A DNA stretch of 64,000 bases from an uncultured delta proteobacterium (GCA_963828255.1 CAWHDZ010000040.1:224001-288000); one strand, 5' to 3'; shown: positions 20,547-34,303, counted from the stretch's first letter. Numbers and translations: made by a program. The notes: generated by a model not told the origin, from the letters alone.

Positions 20547-20737
20547 GGGCCCTCCAAGGTCCAGGCGGAATCGCGCAGTGGTTGCGGCGGTTTCCGCGCT
20601 TCCCGGGGGTTTGTTCTTGCCTTGACAACGATCCAGCGATCCGGCATCAAGTTAACCCCCTCGGTACCCGGCAAGGACGATTCCGCCGCGCCAGGGCCCC
20701 TCCCGCGAAGGCCCCCGTCAAGGAGACGAAGGACGAC

Positions 20738-22597
20738 ATGCAACCCAACACTGGAAAGACCCGGCCGGTCGAGCAGGTCGAAGGCGTCACCATCCGCTTC
20801 GTCGGCGACTCCGGCGACGGCATGCAGCTGGTCGGGTCGGAGTTCACCAAGGCCTCCGCCATCGCCGGAAACGACCTGGCGACCTTCCCCGACTTCCCCG
20901 CCGAGATTCGCGCCCCCACGGGCTCGCTGGCCGGCGTCTCCGGTTACCAGGTCAACTTCGGGTCCAGGGACATCTTCACCCCGGGTGACCAGCCCGACGT
21001 CCTCGTGGCCATGAACCCGGCCGCCCTGAAGACCAACCTCCAGGACCTCCGGCCGGGCGGCATCCTCATCACCAACAGCGGGGCCTACACCGAGGGCAAC
21101 CTCGAGAAGGCCGGCTACAAGACCCACCCGCTCGACGACGACGCCCTGAAGAAGAACTACAAGGTCGTCTCGGTCGACATGGACAAGCTCACCCAGGCCG
21201 CGCTGGCCGGGTCGGGGCTCTCCAACAAGGACGTGGCCCGCTGCAGGAACTACTTCGCGCTGGGCATGATGTACTGGCTCTACAGCCGCCCGCCCGAGCC
21301 GCAGCTCGAGAACATCCGGGCCAAGTTCAAGAAGAAGCCGGAGATCGCCGAGGCCAACGTCAAGGTGTTCCAGGCCGGTCACGCCTTCGGCGAGACCACC
21401 GAGCTCTTCGTCTCCCAGTACAGGGTGCCGGCGGCCAAGCTGGCGCCGGGAACCTACCGGAACGTGACCGGCAACGGCGCCGCGGCCCTTGCGCTGGCCA
21501 CCGTGGCCAAGCTCACCGGCCGCGAGGTCTTCCTGGGAAGCTACCCCATCACCCCGGCCACCGAGATCCTCCAGGACTCCTCCTACTTCAAGGACATGGG
21601 GGTCGTGACCTACCAGGCCGAGGACGAGATCGCCGGCATCGGCTCCGCCATCGGCGCCTCCTTCGGTGGCTCCCTGGGCGTGACCACCACCTCCGGCCCG
21701 GGGCTCGCGCTCAAGTCGGAGATGCTGGGCCTCGCGGTCATCGCCGAGCTGCCCCTGGTCGTCATCGACGTGCAGCGCGGCGGCCCCTCCACGGGCATGC
21801 CCACCAAGACCGAGCAGTCCGACCTCTACATCGCGCTCTTCGGCCGCCACGGCGAGGCGCCCATGCCGGTCATCGCGGCGCGCAGCCCGGCCGACTGCTA
21901 CTACGCGACGCTGGAGGGGTTCCAGATCGCCATCAAGTGGATGACCCCGGTGCTCGTGCTCACCGACGGGTACCTTGGCTTCGGCTCCGAGCCGTTCCGC
22001 ATCCCCGAGGAGGGCGAGATGAAGCCCTTCGAGGTCAAGTACCAGACCACGCCCAACTACAACGGGCAGTACATGCCGTACCTGCGCGACGCCAAGCTCA
22101 TCCGCCCCTGGGCGGTCCCGGGCACGGCCGGCCTCGAACACCGCATCGGCGGCCTCGAGAAGGACTCCATGTCGGGCATGGTCTCCTACGACGGCATGAA
22201 CCACGAGAAGATGGTGAAGACCCGCGCCCAGAAGATCCGCAACGTCATCGAGGACGTCCCCGACGTCGTCGTGGACGGCGAGCCCACCGGCGACCTGCTG
22301 CTCCTCTCCTGGGGCGGCACCTACGGCTCGGTCCGCGGCGCCGCCGCCCGGCTCCGCGCCCAGGGCAAGAAGGTCGGGCACGTGCACTTGCGCTGGCTCA
22401 ACCCGCTTCCGAAGAACCTCGGCGCGGTGCTCAAGGCCTTCAAGAAGGTGCTGGTTCCCGAGGTCAACGACGGCCAGCTGGCCAACTACATGCGCATGTC
22501 CTTCCCGGGTCTCGATCCGCTGCAGTTCAACCGGATCAACGGCAAGGCCATCAAGATCAGCGAGCTGACCGCCAAGGTCAACGAGATCCTGGGCTAG
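20738..22597 (+). CDS. korA: 2-oxoacid:ferredoxin oxidoreductase alpha subunit
   Basis: GDSGDGMQL.G, YPITPA, EDEIAG, TSGPG, QRGGPSTGMPTK; ATG 20738 preceded by AGGA. Confidence 0.92.
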   Translation: MQPNTGKTRPVEQVEGVTIRFVGDSGDGMQLVGSEFTKASAIAGNDLATFPDFPAEIRAPTGSLAGVSGYQVNFGSRDIFTPGDQPDVLVAMNPAALKTNLQDLRPGGILITNSGAYTEGNLEKAGYKTHPLDDDALKKNYKVVSVDMDKLTQAALAGSGLSNKDVARCRNYFALGMMYWLYSRPPEPQLENIRAKFKKKPEIAEANVKVFQAGHAFGETTELFVSQYRVPAAKLAPGTYRNVTGNGAAALALATVAKLTGREVFLGSYPITPATEILQDSSYFKDMGVVTYQAEDEIAGIGSAIGASFGGSLGVTTTSGPGLALKSEMLGLAVIAELPLVVIDVQRGGPSTGMPTKTEQSDLYIALFGRHGEAPMPVIAARSPADCYYATLEGFQIAIKWMTPVLVLTDGYLGFGSEPFRIPEEGEMKPFEVKYQTTPNYNGQYMPYLRDAKLIRPWAVPGTAGLEHRIGGLEKDSMSGMVSYDGMNHEKMVKTRAQKIRNVIEDVPDVVVDGEPTGDLLLLSWGGTYGSVRGAAARLRAQGKKVGHVHLRWLNPLPKNLGAVLKAFKKVLVPEVNDGQLANYMRMSFPGLDPLQFNRINGKAIKISELTAKVNEILG

Positions 22598-22618
22598 GCC
22601 CGGAAGGAAAACACGACC

Positions 22619-23665
22619 ATGAGCGCAAACGGCCAGACCCAGAATCCCGTGCCCACCTACACCAAGAAGGACTTCGAGTCCGGAGTCGATCCGCGCTGGT
22701 GTCCCGGGTGCGGCGACTTCTCCATCATCAACCAGGTCCAGAAGGCCATGCCCAACGTGGGCGTGGCCCGCGAGAACATCGTCTTCATCTCCGGCATCGG
22801 ATGCTCGTCGCGCTTCCCGTACTACATGAACAACTACGGGATGCACACGCTGCACGGCCGCGCGCCCTCCTTCGCCTCCGGGCTCAAGGTGTCGCGTCCG
22901 GAGCTGATGGTGTGGGTGATCACCGGCGACGGCGACGCGCTCGCCATCGGCGGCAACCACTTCATCCACACGATGCGGCGAAACCTGGACGTCAAGGTGT
23001 TGATGTTCAACAACCGCATCTACGGCCTCACCAAGGGGCAGGTCTCCCCGACCTCGCTCCTCGGCCAGAAGACCAAGACCACGCCTCACGGCTCGCCGGA
23101 CTATCCGTTCAACGCCCCGGCGCTGGCGCTGGGCGCGGGCGCCACCTTCGTGGCCCGCTCCATCGACGTCGAGGGCGCCCACATGGGCGGCGTCATCGCC
23201 GCGGCCGCCGCCCACAAGGGCAGCACCTTCGTGGAGGTCTTCCAGAACTGCCCGGTGTTCAACGACGGCGCCTACACGTTCCTCACCGACAAGGCCGTCA
23301 AGACCGAGGCCATCCTCCGCATGGAGGCGGGCAAGCCGCTGCTCTTCGGCAAGGACAACAAGAAGGGCATCCGGTTCGACGGGCAAAAGGCCGAGCTCCA
23401 GGTGGTGACGCTGGGCGAGGACGGGGTGACCGAGAAGGACATCCTGGTCCACGACCCGACCCGCTCCGATCCGACCATCGCCTTCATGATGGCGAACCTG
23501 TCCGACCGGGCCGGGTTCCCGACCCCCATCGGCATCTTCCGCGACGTCCGCAAGCCCACCGCCGACGAGATGACCTGGGAGATGATCGCGGCGACCAAGG
23601 CCAAGAAGGGCGAGAGGTCGCTCGTGAAGTTCCTCTCCGACGCCGACACCTGGCAGGTGAAGTAG
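22619..23665 (+). CDS. korB: 2-oxoacid:ferredoxin oxidoreductase beta subunit
   Basis: [39 protein letters not shown] motifs. Confidence 0.92.
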   Translation: MSANGQTQNPVPTYTKKDFESGVDPRWCPGCGDFSIINQVQKAMPNVGVARENIVFISGIGCSSRFPYYMNNYGMHTLHGRAPSFASGLKVSRPELMVWVITGDGDALAIGGNHFIHTMRRNLDVKVLMFNNRIYGLTKGQVSPTSLLGQKTKTTPHGSPDYPFNAPALALGAGATFVARSIDVEGAHMGGVIAAAAAHKGSTFVEVFQNCPVFNDGAYTFLTDKAVKTEAILRMEAGKPLLFGKDNKKGIRFDGQKAELQVVTLGEDGVTEKDILVHDPTRSDPTIAFMMANLSDRAGFPTPIGIFRDVRKPTADEMTWEMIAATKAKKGERSLVKFLSDADTWQVK

Positions 23666-23696
23666 CGCAGGGTTCCGGCCGGGAACCGGTCTCGAT

Positions 23697-24518
23697 TCAG
23701 GGGGCGCCGGCGCGATCCGGCGCCCCTCTTCGTTGGTGGGCCGAGCAGAGGGCGCCGGCCTTCGAGAAGGGGGGCGCTGCCTCGGCGCAGCGGGCGCAGG
23801 CGTCGTCGGCGTCTGCGCGCCTCCCGGCGGCCTCGAGCGCGGCGCAGGCGCCCAGCCAGGCCTCGGCCATCGAGGGGTCGAGCCGGGCGGCACGGGCGTA
23901 GCTCATGGCCGCGCCGTCCAGGTCCCCCCGCAGCCAGGAGACCCAGCCCAGGTCGTGGTGGACGAGGGCCAGGCCGGGACGGGCCTCCACGGCGTGGAGC
24001 AGGTCGCGCCGGGCCCGGTCGAGCAGCAGGCGCCGCTCCTCCGAGCTGGCCATCAGGGCGCGGCGGGCCAGGAACCGAGCCCTGACCAGCCGGGCCGCGA
24101 CCTGGTCGGGATCGACCTGCAGTGAATCGCCCAGGGCGGCCTCGCCCGCCGCCGCGTCCCCCAGGGCCAGCAGGGCCTCGCCCCGGCCGGCATGCCCCTC
24201 GGCCAGGTCGGGGTCCGCGGCGACGGCGGCGTCGAACTGGGCCAGGGCCTCGCGGGCCCGCCCGTCGGCGCGCAGGGCGACGCCCAGCCCGGCCCGGGCC
24301 TCGGCCAGGTCGGGCGCCATCTCCAGTGCGTGCTCGAAGGCGACCTCGGCCCGTTCTCGATCCCCGGCCCCCAGGTGGGTGTAGCCGCGGCGAACCTGCT
24401 CGACCGCCCGGGGATGCGGGTTGGAGGAGACGCAGGAGAGGGGGAGGATGGCGGCGACGAGAAGAGCCCGGGGGAGGAGGGCGGCGGGGGACGGGGCGGC
24501 GAGCGTGGAACGGGGCAT
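23697..24518 (-). CDS. TPR-repeat protein, probable lipoprotein
   Basis: Hydrophobic stretch ending LPLS-C, then repeated TPR-like helices (AL...PDLAEA..GLG). Confidence 0.75.
   Translation of the reverse strand: MPRSTLAAPSPAALLPRALLVAAILPLSCVSSNPHPRAVEQVRRGYTHLGAGDRERAEVAFEHALEMAPDLAEARAGLGVALRADGRAREALAQFDAAVAADPDLAEGHAGRGEALLALGDAAAGEAALGDSLQVDPDQVAARLVRARFLARRALMASSEERRLLLDRARRDLLHAVEARPGLALVHHDLGWVSWLRGDLDGAAMSYARAARLDPSMAEAWLGACAALEAAGRRADADDACARCAEAAPPFSKAGALCSAHQRRGAPDRAGAP
23701..23730 (+). terminator. GC-rich hairpin downstream of korB
   Basis: GGGGCGCCGG-cgcgat-CCGGCGCCCC followed by TCTT. Confidence 0.5.
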
Positions 24519-24624
24519 CGCCGCCGGTGGAGCGTCCGGCGTGCCGGCGGCCGGGGCGCGAATGCCCGGACTCGCGGTTGCGCCGTGGGTCGCGGCACGG
24601 ACGGAGGGTACGCGGGGCGAATCG

Positions 24625-24653
24625 TTGACACTACATGCGTGGCCACATAGGTT
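24625..24653 (+). promoter_or_regulatory. sigma70-type promoter
   Basis: TTGACA, 17-nt spacer, TAGGTT, 10 nt before the RHH gene ATG. Confidence 0.65.
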
Positions 24654-24663
24654 CGCAGGACCG

Positions 24664-24855
24664 ATGGCCCGGAAGAAGATCTCGACGACCGTGTACATCA
24701 CGCCCGAGCAGGACGAGCGCTTGAAGCTGCTCAACGAGCGGACCAAGGTGCCGGTCGCGGAGTACATCCGGCAGGGCATCGACCTGGTCCTCGAGCGGTA
24801 CCGCACCGCGCTGCCCGGTCAACTCACGCTGGACGAGCTGGATCGGAAGGGGTAG
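24664..24855 (+). CDS. Ribbon-helix-helix DNA-binding protein
   Basis: MARKKISTTVYITPEQDERLKLL...VPVAEYIRQGIDL: beta strand plus two helices. Confidence 0.85.
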   Translation: MARKKISTTVYITPEQDERLKLLNERTKVPVAEYIRQGIDLVLERYRTALPGQLTLDELDRKG

Positions 24856-24867
24856 CCGGTCACCCGC

Positions 24868-25809
24868 ATGATCGAGAAGCGCGTCGTCATCCTCGGTGCC
24901 GCAGGATTCATCGGAAGCCACCTCACCGACCGGTTCCTCTCGGAGGGCTTCTCGGTGCTCGGCGTGGACAGCCTGATCACCGGCACGATGCGCAACCTGC
25001 GCCACATGGAGGGGAACTCGCGGTTCACCTTCTCGAAGGCCGACATCTGCGACGGTCTCGACTGGGTCGAGGGGCCGGTGGACGCGGTGCTCGACTTCGC
25101 CTCGCCGGCGTCGCCCATCGACTACCTGGAAAAGCCCTTCGAGACCCTCAAGGTCGGGTCGGTGGGCGTGGAGAAGGCGCTCGACCTGGCCCGCGCGAAG
25201 GGCGCGACGTTCCTGCTCGCCTCCACCTCCGAGGTCTACGGCGACCCGCTCGAGCACCCCCAGAAGGAGACCTACTGGGGAAACGTGAACCCGGTGGGGC
25301 CGCGCGCCGTCTACGACGAGGCCAAGCGCTTCGCCGAGGCCATCACCATGGCCTACCACCGGTACCGGAAGGTGGACACCCGCATCGCCCGCATCTTCAA
25401 CACCTACGGGCCGCGCATGCGGCTCGACGACGGCCGGGTGGTCCCCACGCTGGTCTCCCAGGCCCTGCGCGGCCAGCCGCTCACCGTCTTCGGCGACGGG
25501 TCGCAGACCCGCAGCTTCTGCTACGTGGACGACAACGTCGAGGGCATGTGGCGGCTCCTGCGCACGCCGGACCACGACCCCGTCAACATCGGCAACCCGG
25601 ACGAGATGACCATCCTGGCGTTCGCCCGCTCGGTGCAGCGGCTCTGCGGACGGGACGTGCCCATCGAGCACCGGCCGCTGCCACAGGACGACCCGCGCGT
25701 CCGCAAGCCCGACATCACCCGGGCCCGGGCGCTCCTCGGGTGGGAGCCCAGGGTGGGCTTCGACGAGGGGATGCAGCGCAGCATCGAGTGGTTCCGCCAG
25801 CAGATCTGA
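24868..25809 (+). CDS. UDP-glucuronate decarboxylase family NAD-dependent epimerase/dehydratase
   Basis: [48 protein letters not shown]. Confidence 0.92.
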   Translation: MIEKRVVILGAAGFIGSHLTDRFLSEGFSVLGVDSLITGTMRNLRHMEGNSRFTFSKADICDGLDWVEGPVDAVLDFASPASPIDYLEKPFETLKVGSVGVEKALDLARAKGATFLLASTSEVYGDPLEHPQKETYWGNVNPVGPRAVYDEAKRFAEAITMAYHRYRKVDTRIARIFNTYGPRMRLDDGRVVPTLVSQALRGQPLTVFGDGSQTRSFCYVDDNVEGMWRLLRTPDHDPVNIGNPDEMTILAFARSVQRLCGRDVPIEHRPLPQDDPRVRKPDITRARALLGWEPRVGFDEGMQRSIEWFRQQI

Positions 25810-25820
25810 GGGAGGGGCGC

Positions 25821-26747
25821 ATGGCCGCAAGGATCCTCATCACCGGGGGAGCCGGGTTCATCGGCTCGACCATCGCCGACCGCTTCGTGGCGGCGGGGTG
25901 GGACGTGGCGGTGGTAGACGACCTCTCCTCGGGCAAGCGGGAGAACGTGCCCGACCAGGCCCGCTTCTATCCCTGCGACGTGCGCAGCGCCGCCGCCGCC
26001 GAGGCGGTCGAGCGGGAGCGCCCCGACGTCCTCTGTCACCACGCCGCCCAGATCGACGTGCGCCGGTCCATGGCCGATCCCCGCTACGACGTGGACGTGA
26101 ACCTGGGAGGGCTCGTGAACCTCCTCTCCGCCGCCGCCCGGGCCGGGGTGCGCCACGTGACCTTCGCCTCCAGCGGCGGCGCCGCCTACGGCGAGACCGA
26201 CCGCATCCCCACGCCGGAGGACGAACCCACCCGTCCGGTGTCGGTCTACGGGGCATCCAAGGCCGCGAGCGAGCTCTTCCTGGGGGTGTGGCGGGCGGCC
26301 CACGGCATCACCTCCACGGCGCTCCGCTACGGCAACGTCTACGGACCCCGCCAGGACCCGCACGGCGAGGCCGGCGTGGTGGCCATCTTCGCCGGGCGCC
26401 TCCTCGCCGGGGAACCCTGCACGGTGAATGGCGACGGCGGCCAGACCCGCGACTACGTCTTCGTGGACGACGTGGCCCGGGCCAACCTGCTCGCCGCGGA
26501 GAAGCGGCACGACGGGGCGCTCAACGTGGGCACCGGGGTGGAGTCCGACGTGAACCGGATCTACCGGATCCTGGCCGATGCCGCCGGTGTGCCCGCCGAC
26601 GCGATCCACGGGCCCGCCAAGCCGGGCGAGCAGCGCCGTTCCTGCATCGACCCGTCCGCCGCCGGGCGGGTGCTGGGCTGGCGCGCCTCGGTGTCCCTCG
26701 AGGACGGGCTCCGCCGGACGCTGGAGTGGTTCCGCGCCCGGCGCTGA
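25821..26747 (+). CDS. UDP-glucose 4-epimerase family protein
   Basis: TGGAGFIGS, YGASK, RYGNVYGPRQ, GDGGQTRDYVFV. Confidence 0.9.
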   Translation: MAARILITGGAGFIGSTIADRFVAAGWDVAVVDDLSSGKRENVPDQARFYPCDVRSAAAAEAVERERPDVLCHHAAQIDVRRSMADPRYDVDVNLGGLVNLLSAAARAGVRHVTFASSGGAAYGETDRIPTPEDEPTRPVSVYGASKAASELFLGVWRAAHGITSTALRYGNVYGPRQDPHGEAGVVAIFAGRLLAGEPCTVNGDGGQTRDYVFVDDVARANLLAAEKRHDGALNVGTGVESDVNRIYRILADAAGVPADAIHGPAKPGEQRRSCIDPSAAGRVLGWRASVSLEDGLRRTLEWFRARR

Positions 26748-26762
26748 GCCGGGACCCCGGCG

Positions 26763-27620
26763 CTACCGGTCCTCGGGCGGCTCCTCCTCCAGGTCGGAGG
26801 GAAGGCTGGCCGGCGAGGCCAGGAGCCGCTCCAGCTCGGCCCGCGCGGCTGGCGCCTCCTCCGCCGTCACCGTTCCGTTGCGCTCGAGCAGCCCCAGGAT
26901 CCGGCGCGCCCGGCGGGCCAGCCAGCGCGGCGCCGGGCTGAGGGCCGCGCGCCGGGGCGCGGGCAGCATGGCGGCGAGCACCGCGGCCTGGGCCGGGGAG
27001 AGGTCGCGCGCCGAGGTCCGGAACCAGCGGTGCGCCGCCGCCTCGGCGCCGAAGACCCCGTTTCCCCACTCGGCGACGTCCAGGTAGAGCGTGAGGATGC
27101 GCCGCTTCCCCAGGGAGCGCTCCATCTTCACGGTGAGCAACGCCTCGCGCGCCTTGCGCAGCCAGCTCCGCTCGGTGCCCAGCCAGAGGTTCTTGGCGAG
27201 CTGCTGGGTGATGGTCGACGCGCCGCGGATGGTGCGCCCGGCCTTCCAGTTCTGCGCGGCGGCGTTCTGGATCTCGTCCCAGTCGAAGCCGGTGTGGCCG
27301 AAGAAGGAGGCGTCCTCGGAGGCGACGACGGCGCGCTGCAGGCGCGGCGAGATGCGGTCGAGCGCCACCGGGCGGAAGTCGGGCCGGAAGGGTTTCCCGG
27401 AGCGGGCCGACTCGGCGCGCCGCTGCTCGATGAGGGCGGTGGTGGAAGGCGTCCGGGTGGCGAACCCCGCGGGGTCGGGCAGGGAGAACCAGAGGGCCGC
27501 GGCTGCGCCGGCGGCCAGGGCGAGGAGGGCGAGGAGGGCCAGGCCGACCCTGCCGAGACGCCCCGTGCGGCCCGTTCGGGGCGTTCGGGGCGCGCCGGCC
27601 CGGTTTCCACCCTTTCGCAT
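26763..27620 (-). CDS. mtgA: Monofunctional biosynthetic peptidoglycan transglycosylase
   Basis: N-terminal TM segment; SED..FF.H.GFD, RGASTITQQLAKNL, RK.RE, GVFGAEAAA motifs. Confidence 0.9.
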   Translation of the reverse strand: MRKGGNRAGAPRTPRTGRTGRLGRVGLALLALLALAAGAAAALWFSLPDPAGFATRTPSTTALIEQRRAESARSGKPFRPDFRPVALDRISPRLQRAVVASEDASFFGHTGFDWDEIQNAAAQNWKAGRTIRGASTITQQLAKNLWLGTERSWLRKAREALLTVKMERSLGKRRILTLYLDVAEWGNGVFGAEAAAHRWFRTSARDLSPAQAAVLAAMLPAPRRAALSPAPRWLARRARRILGLLERNGTVTAEEAPAARAELERLLASPASLPSDLEEEPPEDR

Positions 27621-27731
27621 GGACGCGGCCACGCGCTTGCCTACCACATGGGCGAGCGGACCGGGGGCCGGTGGATTACATGCCCGGAAACTCCCGAACG
27701 GGCGGCACGCGTTGCCGCGGAGGAACACAAC

Positions 27732-28334
27732 ATGAGCGTGAAGCTCTACAAGCCCCAGGACTTCTCGAAGGTGCGCGGCCTCGCCGGAATCTCCAACGAT
27801 CAGATCGAGGAGCACCTCAAGCTCTACGAGGGCTACGTGAAGCGCACCAACGCGCTCACCGAGAAGCTCGAGGGGCTGGCCAAGGAGGGCAAGGCCTCCG
27901 GCGCCGATCCGGTCTACGCCGAGCTGACCCGCCGGCTGGGCTTCGAGTACGGCGGCATCGTGAACCACGAGTACTACTTCGGGAACCTCACCGCGGGCGC
28001 CCAGGCCGAGCCGCCGGCAGGGTCCAGGCTGGCGAAGGCCATCGAGGCCTCCTTCGGCAGCCTCTCCACCTACCTGGCCGACTTCAAGGCCATCGCCACC
28101 ATGCCGGGAATCGGCTGGGCCATGACCTTCCAGGACCCGGGCACCGGCTGGCTCTCCAACCAGTTCGTCACCCTCCACGAGAACGGGGTCCCGCCCGGCT
28201 TCCGGCCCATCCTGGTCCTCGACGGGTGGGAGCACGCCTTCATGCGCGACTACAAGGCCTTCGAGCGCGGCAAGTACGTCGAGGCGTTCTTCAAGAACGT
28301 CGACTGGGCGGCGGTCGAGGCCCGGCTGAAGTAG
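27732..28334 (+). CDS. Fe/Mn superoxide dismutase family protein
   Basis: EH.KLY.GYV..N, GG..NHE.YF, GIGW, LDGWEHAF; metal ligands appear intact. GGAGGA Shine-Dalgarno. Confidence 0.88.
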   Translation: MSVKLYKPQDFSKVRGLAGISNDQIEEHLKLYEGYVKRTNALTEKLEGLAKEGKASGADPVYAELTRRLGFEYGGIVNHEYYFGNLTAGAQAEPPAGSRLAKAIEASFGSLSTYLADFKAIATMPGIGWAMTFQDPGTGWLSNQFVTLHENGVPPGFRPILVLDGWEHAFMRDYKAFERGKYVEAFFKNVDWAAVEARLK

Positions 28335-28337
28335 GCC

Positions 28338-29516
28338 CTGGCGTCGCCGGCTCCCATCCCGTCGCCGGCGCGCCGCGCCGGGCTGCGCCGGCGCCTGCTC
28401 TCCTGGTGGGACGCCGGGCACCGGGATCTGCCCTGGCGCTTCCCGCAGCACGCCGCCGACCCCTACCGGGTGTGGGTGGCCGAGGTGATGCTGCAACAGA
28501 CCCGGGTGGAGGCGGCGGCGCCGTACTACCGCCGCTTCCTGGCGCGCTGGCCCACGCTCGCGGCGCTGGCCGGCGCAGACGACGCCGAGGTGCTGGCCGC
28601 CTGGAGCGGACTCGGCTACTACGCGCGCTGCCGCAACCTCCTGGCCGCCGCGCGGGCCGCGCTGGCCCGGCACGGAGGGCTGCCGGACTCGCTCCCGGCG
28701 CTGCGGGCGCTCCCGGGCTTCGGCCCCTACACCGCGGGTGCAGTGGCGAGCATCGCCTTCGCCATCCAGGCGGCGGCGGTGGACGGCAACGTGGCCCGGG
28801 TCCTCTCGCGCCTCTTCCTTGTTGACGGACCGTCACAATCACCAAAGGTGAAAAGTGAGCTGGCGTCGCTGGCGGGACGGCTGGTCGACCCGGGCCGGCC
28901 CGGGGACTGGAACCAGGCCCTCATGGAGCTCGGGGCCACCCTGTGCCTGCCCCGGCGCCCGCGCTGCGCGGCCTGCCCGCTGGCCTCGGGATGCGCGGCG
29001 CACCAGGCCGGGAGGGAAGGGGAGATCCCCGCACCGAGGGTGCGGCGGCGCCCGGTCCGCCTGGAGCTGGCCCTCCTCCGGGTGGAGCGGGGAGGGCGGT
29101 TGCTCCTCTCCAGGGCCCTCGACGATGGGCTCTTCCCCGGGATGTGGGGGCTGCCGGGGACCGTGGTCCCCGAAGGGGAGGACCCGGCCGTGTTCCTGCG
29201 CCGCAGGAGCCGGGTGGAGCTGGGGTTCCGGCTCGAGGTCGGGGAGGAACTGGCCGTCGTGACGCGCCTGCTCACCCACCGGCGGCTCGTGCTGCACGTC
29301 CACGCGGGGCGGCTCCTCGGGCCGGTTCCGCGCGACCGGGACCGCTTGCGCTTTACATCCGAGGGCGAGGCGAGTAGGTTGCCCGCCTCAACGGCGATGC
29401 GCCGTGCCATCGAAGCCTCCGGCGGCTGGAAGCCTGCTCGCCGGAGGGACCGTGGTGCGAAAATCGTCTCCGGAGAGAACCGGAAGGCCTTGACTTCCCG
29501 AGGCCGAACCGTATAA
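28338..29516 (+). CDS. mutY: A/G-specific adenine glycosylase (start uncertain; CTG 28338 proposed)
   Basis: LL.WW....RDLPWR, DPY.VWV.EVMLQQT, GLGYY.R, VDGNV.RV, CxxxxxxCxxCxxxxxC Fe-S motif. Confidence 0.92.
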   Translation: MASPAPIPSPARRAGLRRRLLSWWDAGHRDLPWRFPQHAADPYRVWVAEVMLQQTRVEAAAPYYRRFLARWPTLAALAGADDAEVLAAWSGLGYYARCRNLLAAARAALARHGGLPDSLPALRALPGFGPYTAGAVASIAFAIQAAAVDGNVARVLSRLFLVDGPSQSPKVKSELASLAGRLVDPGRPGDWNQALMELGATLCLPRRPRCAACPLASGCAAHQAGREGEIPAPRVRRRPVRLELALLRVERGGRLLLSRALDDGLFPGMWGLPGTVVPEGEDPAVFLRRRSRVELGFRLEVGEELAVVTRLLTHRRLVLHVHAGRLLGPVPRDRDRLRFTSEGEASRLPASTAMRRAIEASGGWKPARRRDRGAKIVSGENRKALTSRGRTV

Positions 29517-29517
29517 T
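29490..29517 (+). promoter_or_regulatory. sigma70 promoter of the str operon, inside the mutY 3' end
   Basis: TTGACT, 16-nt spacer, TATAAT. Confidence 0.8.
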
Positions 29518-29594
29518 TCGCGCCCTTTTTGACGATGAAGCCGTCGCAGGTGCACCGGGCTCGCCCGCCGCGCCTCAGGAAAGAACCGGATCGA

Positions 29595-29966
29595 ATGCCG
29601 ACGATCAGCCAGCTGGTCCGCAAGGGCCGCGAGAAGCTCAAGACCAAGCGGAAGGCTCCCGCGCTGGTGGAGTCTCCCCAGAAGCGTGGCGTGGCCACGC
29701 GCGTCTACACCACCACCCCGAAGAAGCCCAACTCGGCCCTTCGCAAGGTGGCGCGCGTCCGCCTCACCAACGGCTTCGAGGTCACGAGCTACATCCCCGG
29801 CGTCGGCCACAATCTCCAGGAGCACTCGGTGGTGCTCATCCGCGGAGGCCGCGTGAAGGACCTCCCCGGCGTCCGCTACCACATCATCCGCGGGACCCTC
29901 GACGCAGTGGGCGTCCAGGGCCGCAAGCAGAGCCGCTCGAAGTACGGCGCCAAGCGCCCGAGCTAG
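29595..29966 (+). CDS. rpsL: 30S ribosomal protein S12
   Basis: [12 protein letters not shown]...[10 protein letters not shown]...KDLPGVRY. Confidence 0.98.
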   Translation: MPTISQLVRKGREKLKTKRKAPALVESPQKRGVATRVYTTTPKKPNSALRKVARVRLTNGFEVTSYIPGVGHNLQEHSVVLIRGGRVKDLPGVRYHIIRGTLDAVGVQGRKQSRSKYGAKRPS

Positions 29967-29978
29967 GCAGAGGATCCG

Positions 29979-30449
29979 ATGCCCCGTCGTCGCGTGGTCG
30001 AGAAGCGGAAGATCCTGCCCGATCCCAAGTTCCAGGATCGGACCGTCGCCAAGTTCATCAACAACCTGATGCGCGAGGGCAAGAAGTCCACCGGCGAGCG
30101 GATCATCTACGGCGCCTTCGCCGTGGTCGAGAACCGCCTCAAGGACGACCCCCTCAAGGTCTTCAAGAAGGCCCTCGACAACGTGAAGCCGGTGGTCGAG
30201 GTCAAGTCCCGCCGCGTGGGCGGCGCCACCTACCAGGTGCCGGTCGAGGTCCGCCAGGACCGGCGCACGGCGCTGGCGATGCGCTGGCTCATCGAGTATG
30301 CCTCGTCCCGCGGCGAGAAGACCATGGTGGAGAAGCTGGCCGGGGAGATCCTCGACGCCGCCAACAACCGCGGCAACGCGGTGAAGAAGCGCGAGGACAC
30401 CCACAAGATGGCGGAAGCGAACAAGGCGTTCGCGCACTACCGCTGGTAG
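29979..30449 (+). CDS. rpsG: 30S ribosomal protein S7
   Basis: [24 protein letters not shown]. Confidence 0.98.
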   Translation: MPRRRVVEKRKILPDPKFQDRTVAKFINNLMREGKKSTGERIIYGAFAVVENRLKDDPLKVFKKALDNVKPVVEVKSRRVGGATYQVPVEVRQDRRTALAMRWLIEYASSRGEKTMVEKLAGEILDAANNRGNAVKKREDTHKMAEANKAFAHYRW

Positions 30450-30604
30450 TCCGGGAGGAGAATCGAGGATCGAAGACGCCGACTCGGTCGGCCGGGGCCC
30501 AGAGGGACCCGCAGGCTCTTTGACAGCTCGGTCAGGTCGGGACGTCGCCAGGCGACGTCGGGTTTTCGTACGCAACGGTTCGAACGGTTCGAAGGATAGA
30601 GAAC

Positions 30605-32698
<2,094 letters not shown>

Positions 32699-32728
32699 TC
32701 CGGCGCGCAACGACGGAGGAGAGGACAC

Positions 32729-33919
<1,191 letters not shown>

Positions 33920-33997
33920 ACAAGGAAGAGGCAGCCCCGGCGAACGGCGGTGCAGTTCGGCCGCGCCGCGCCGGGGCCAGAAGCCGAGGACGTGAAG

Positions 33998-34303
<306 letters not shown>

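Noticed and set aside
20622..20656. TTGACA upstream of korA as a full promoter
   Set aside because: There is no convincing -10 hexamer at 16-18 nt spacing, so it is not reported as a feature.
28332..28334. Pyrrolysine recoding of the sod TAG
   Set aside because: TAG is used as an ordinary stop by many genes in this window and no pyl genes are present.
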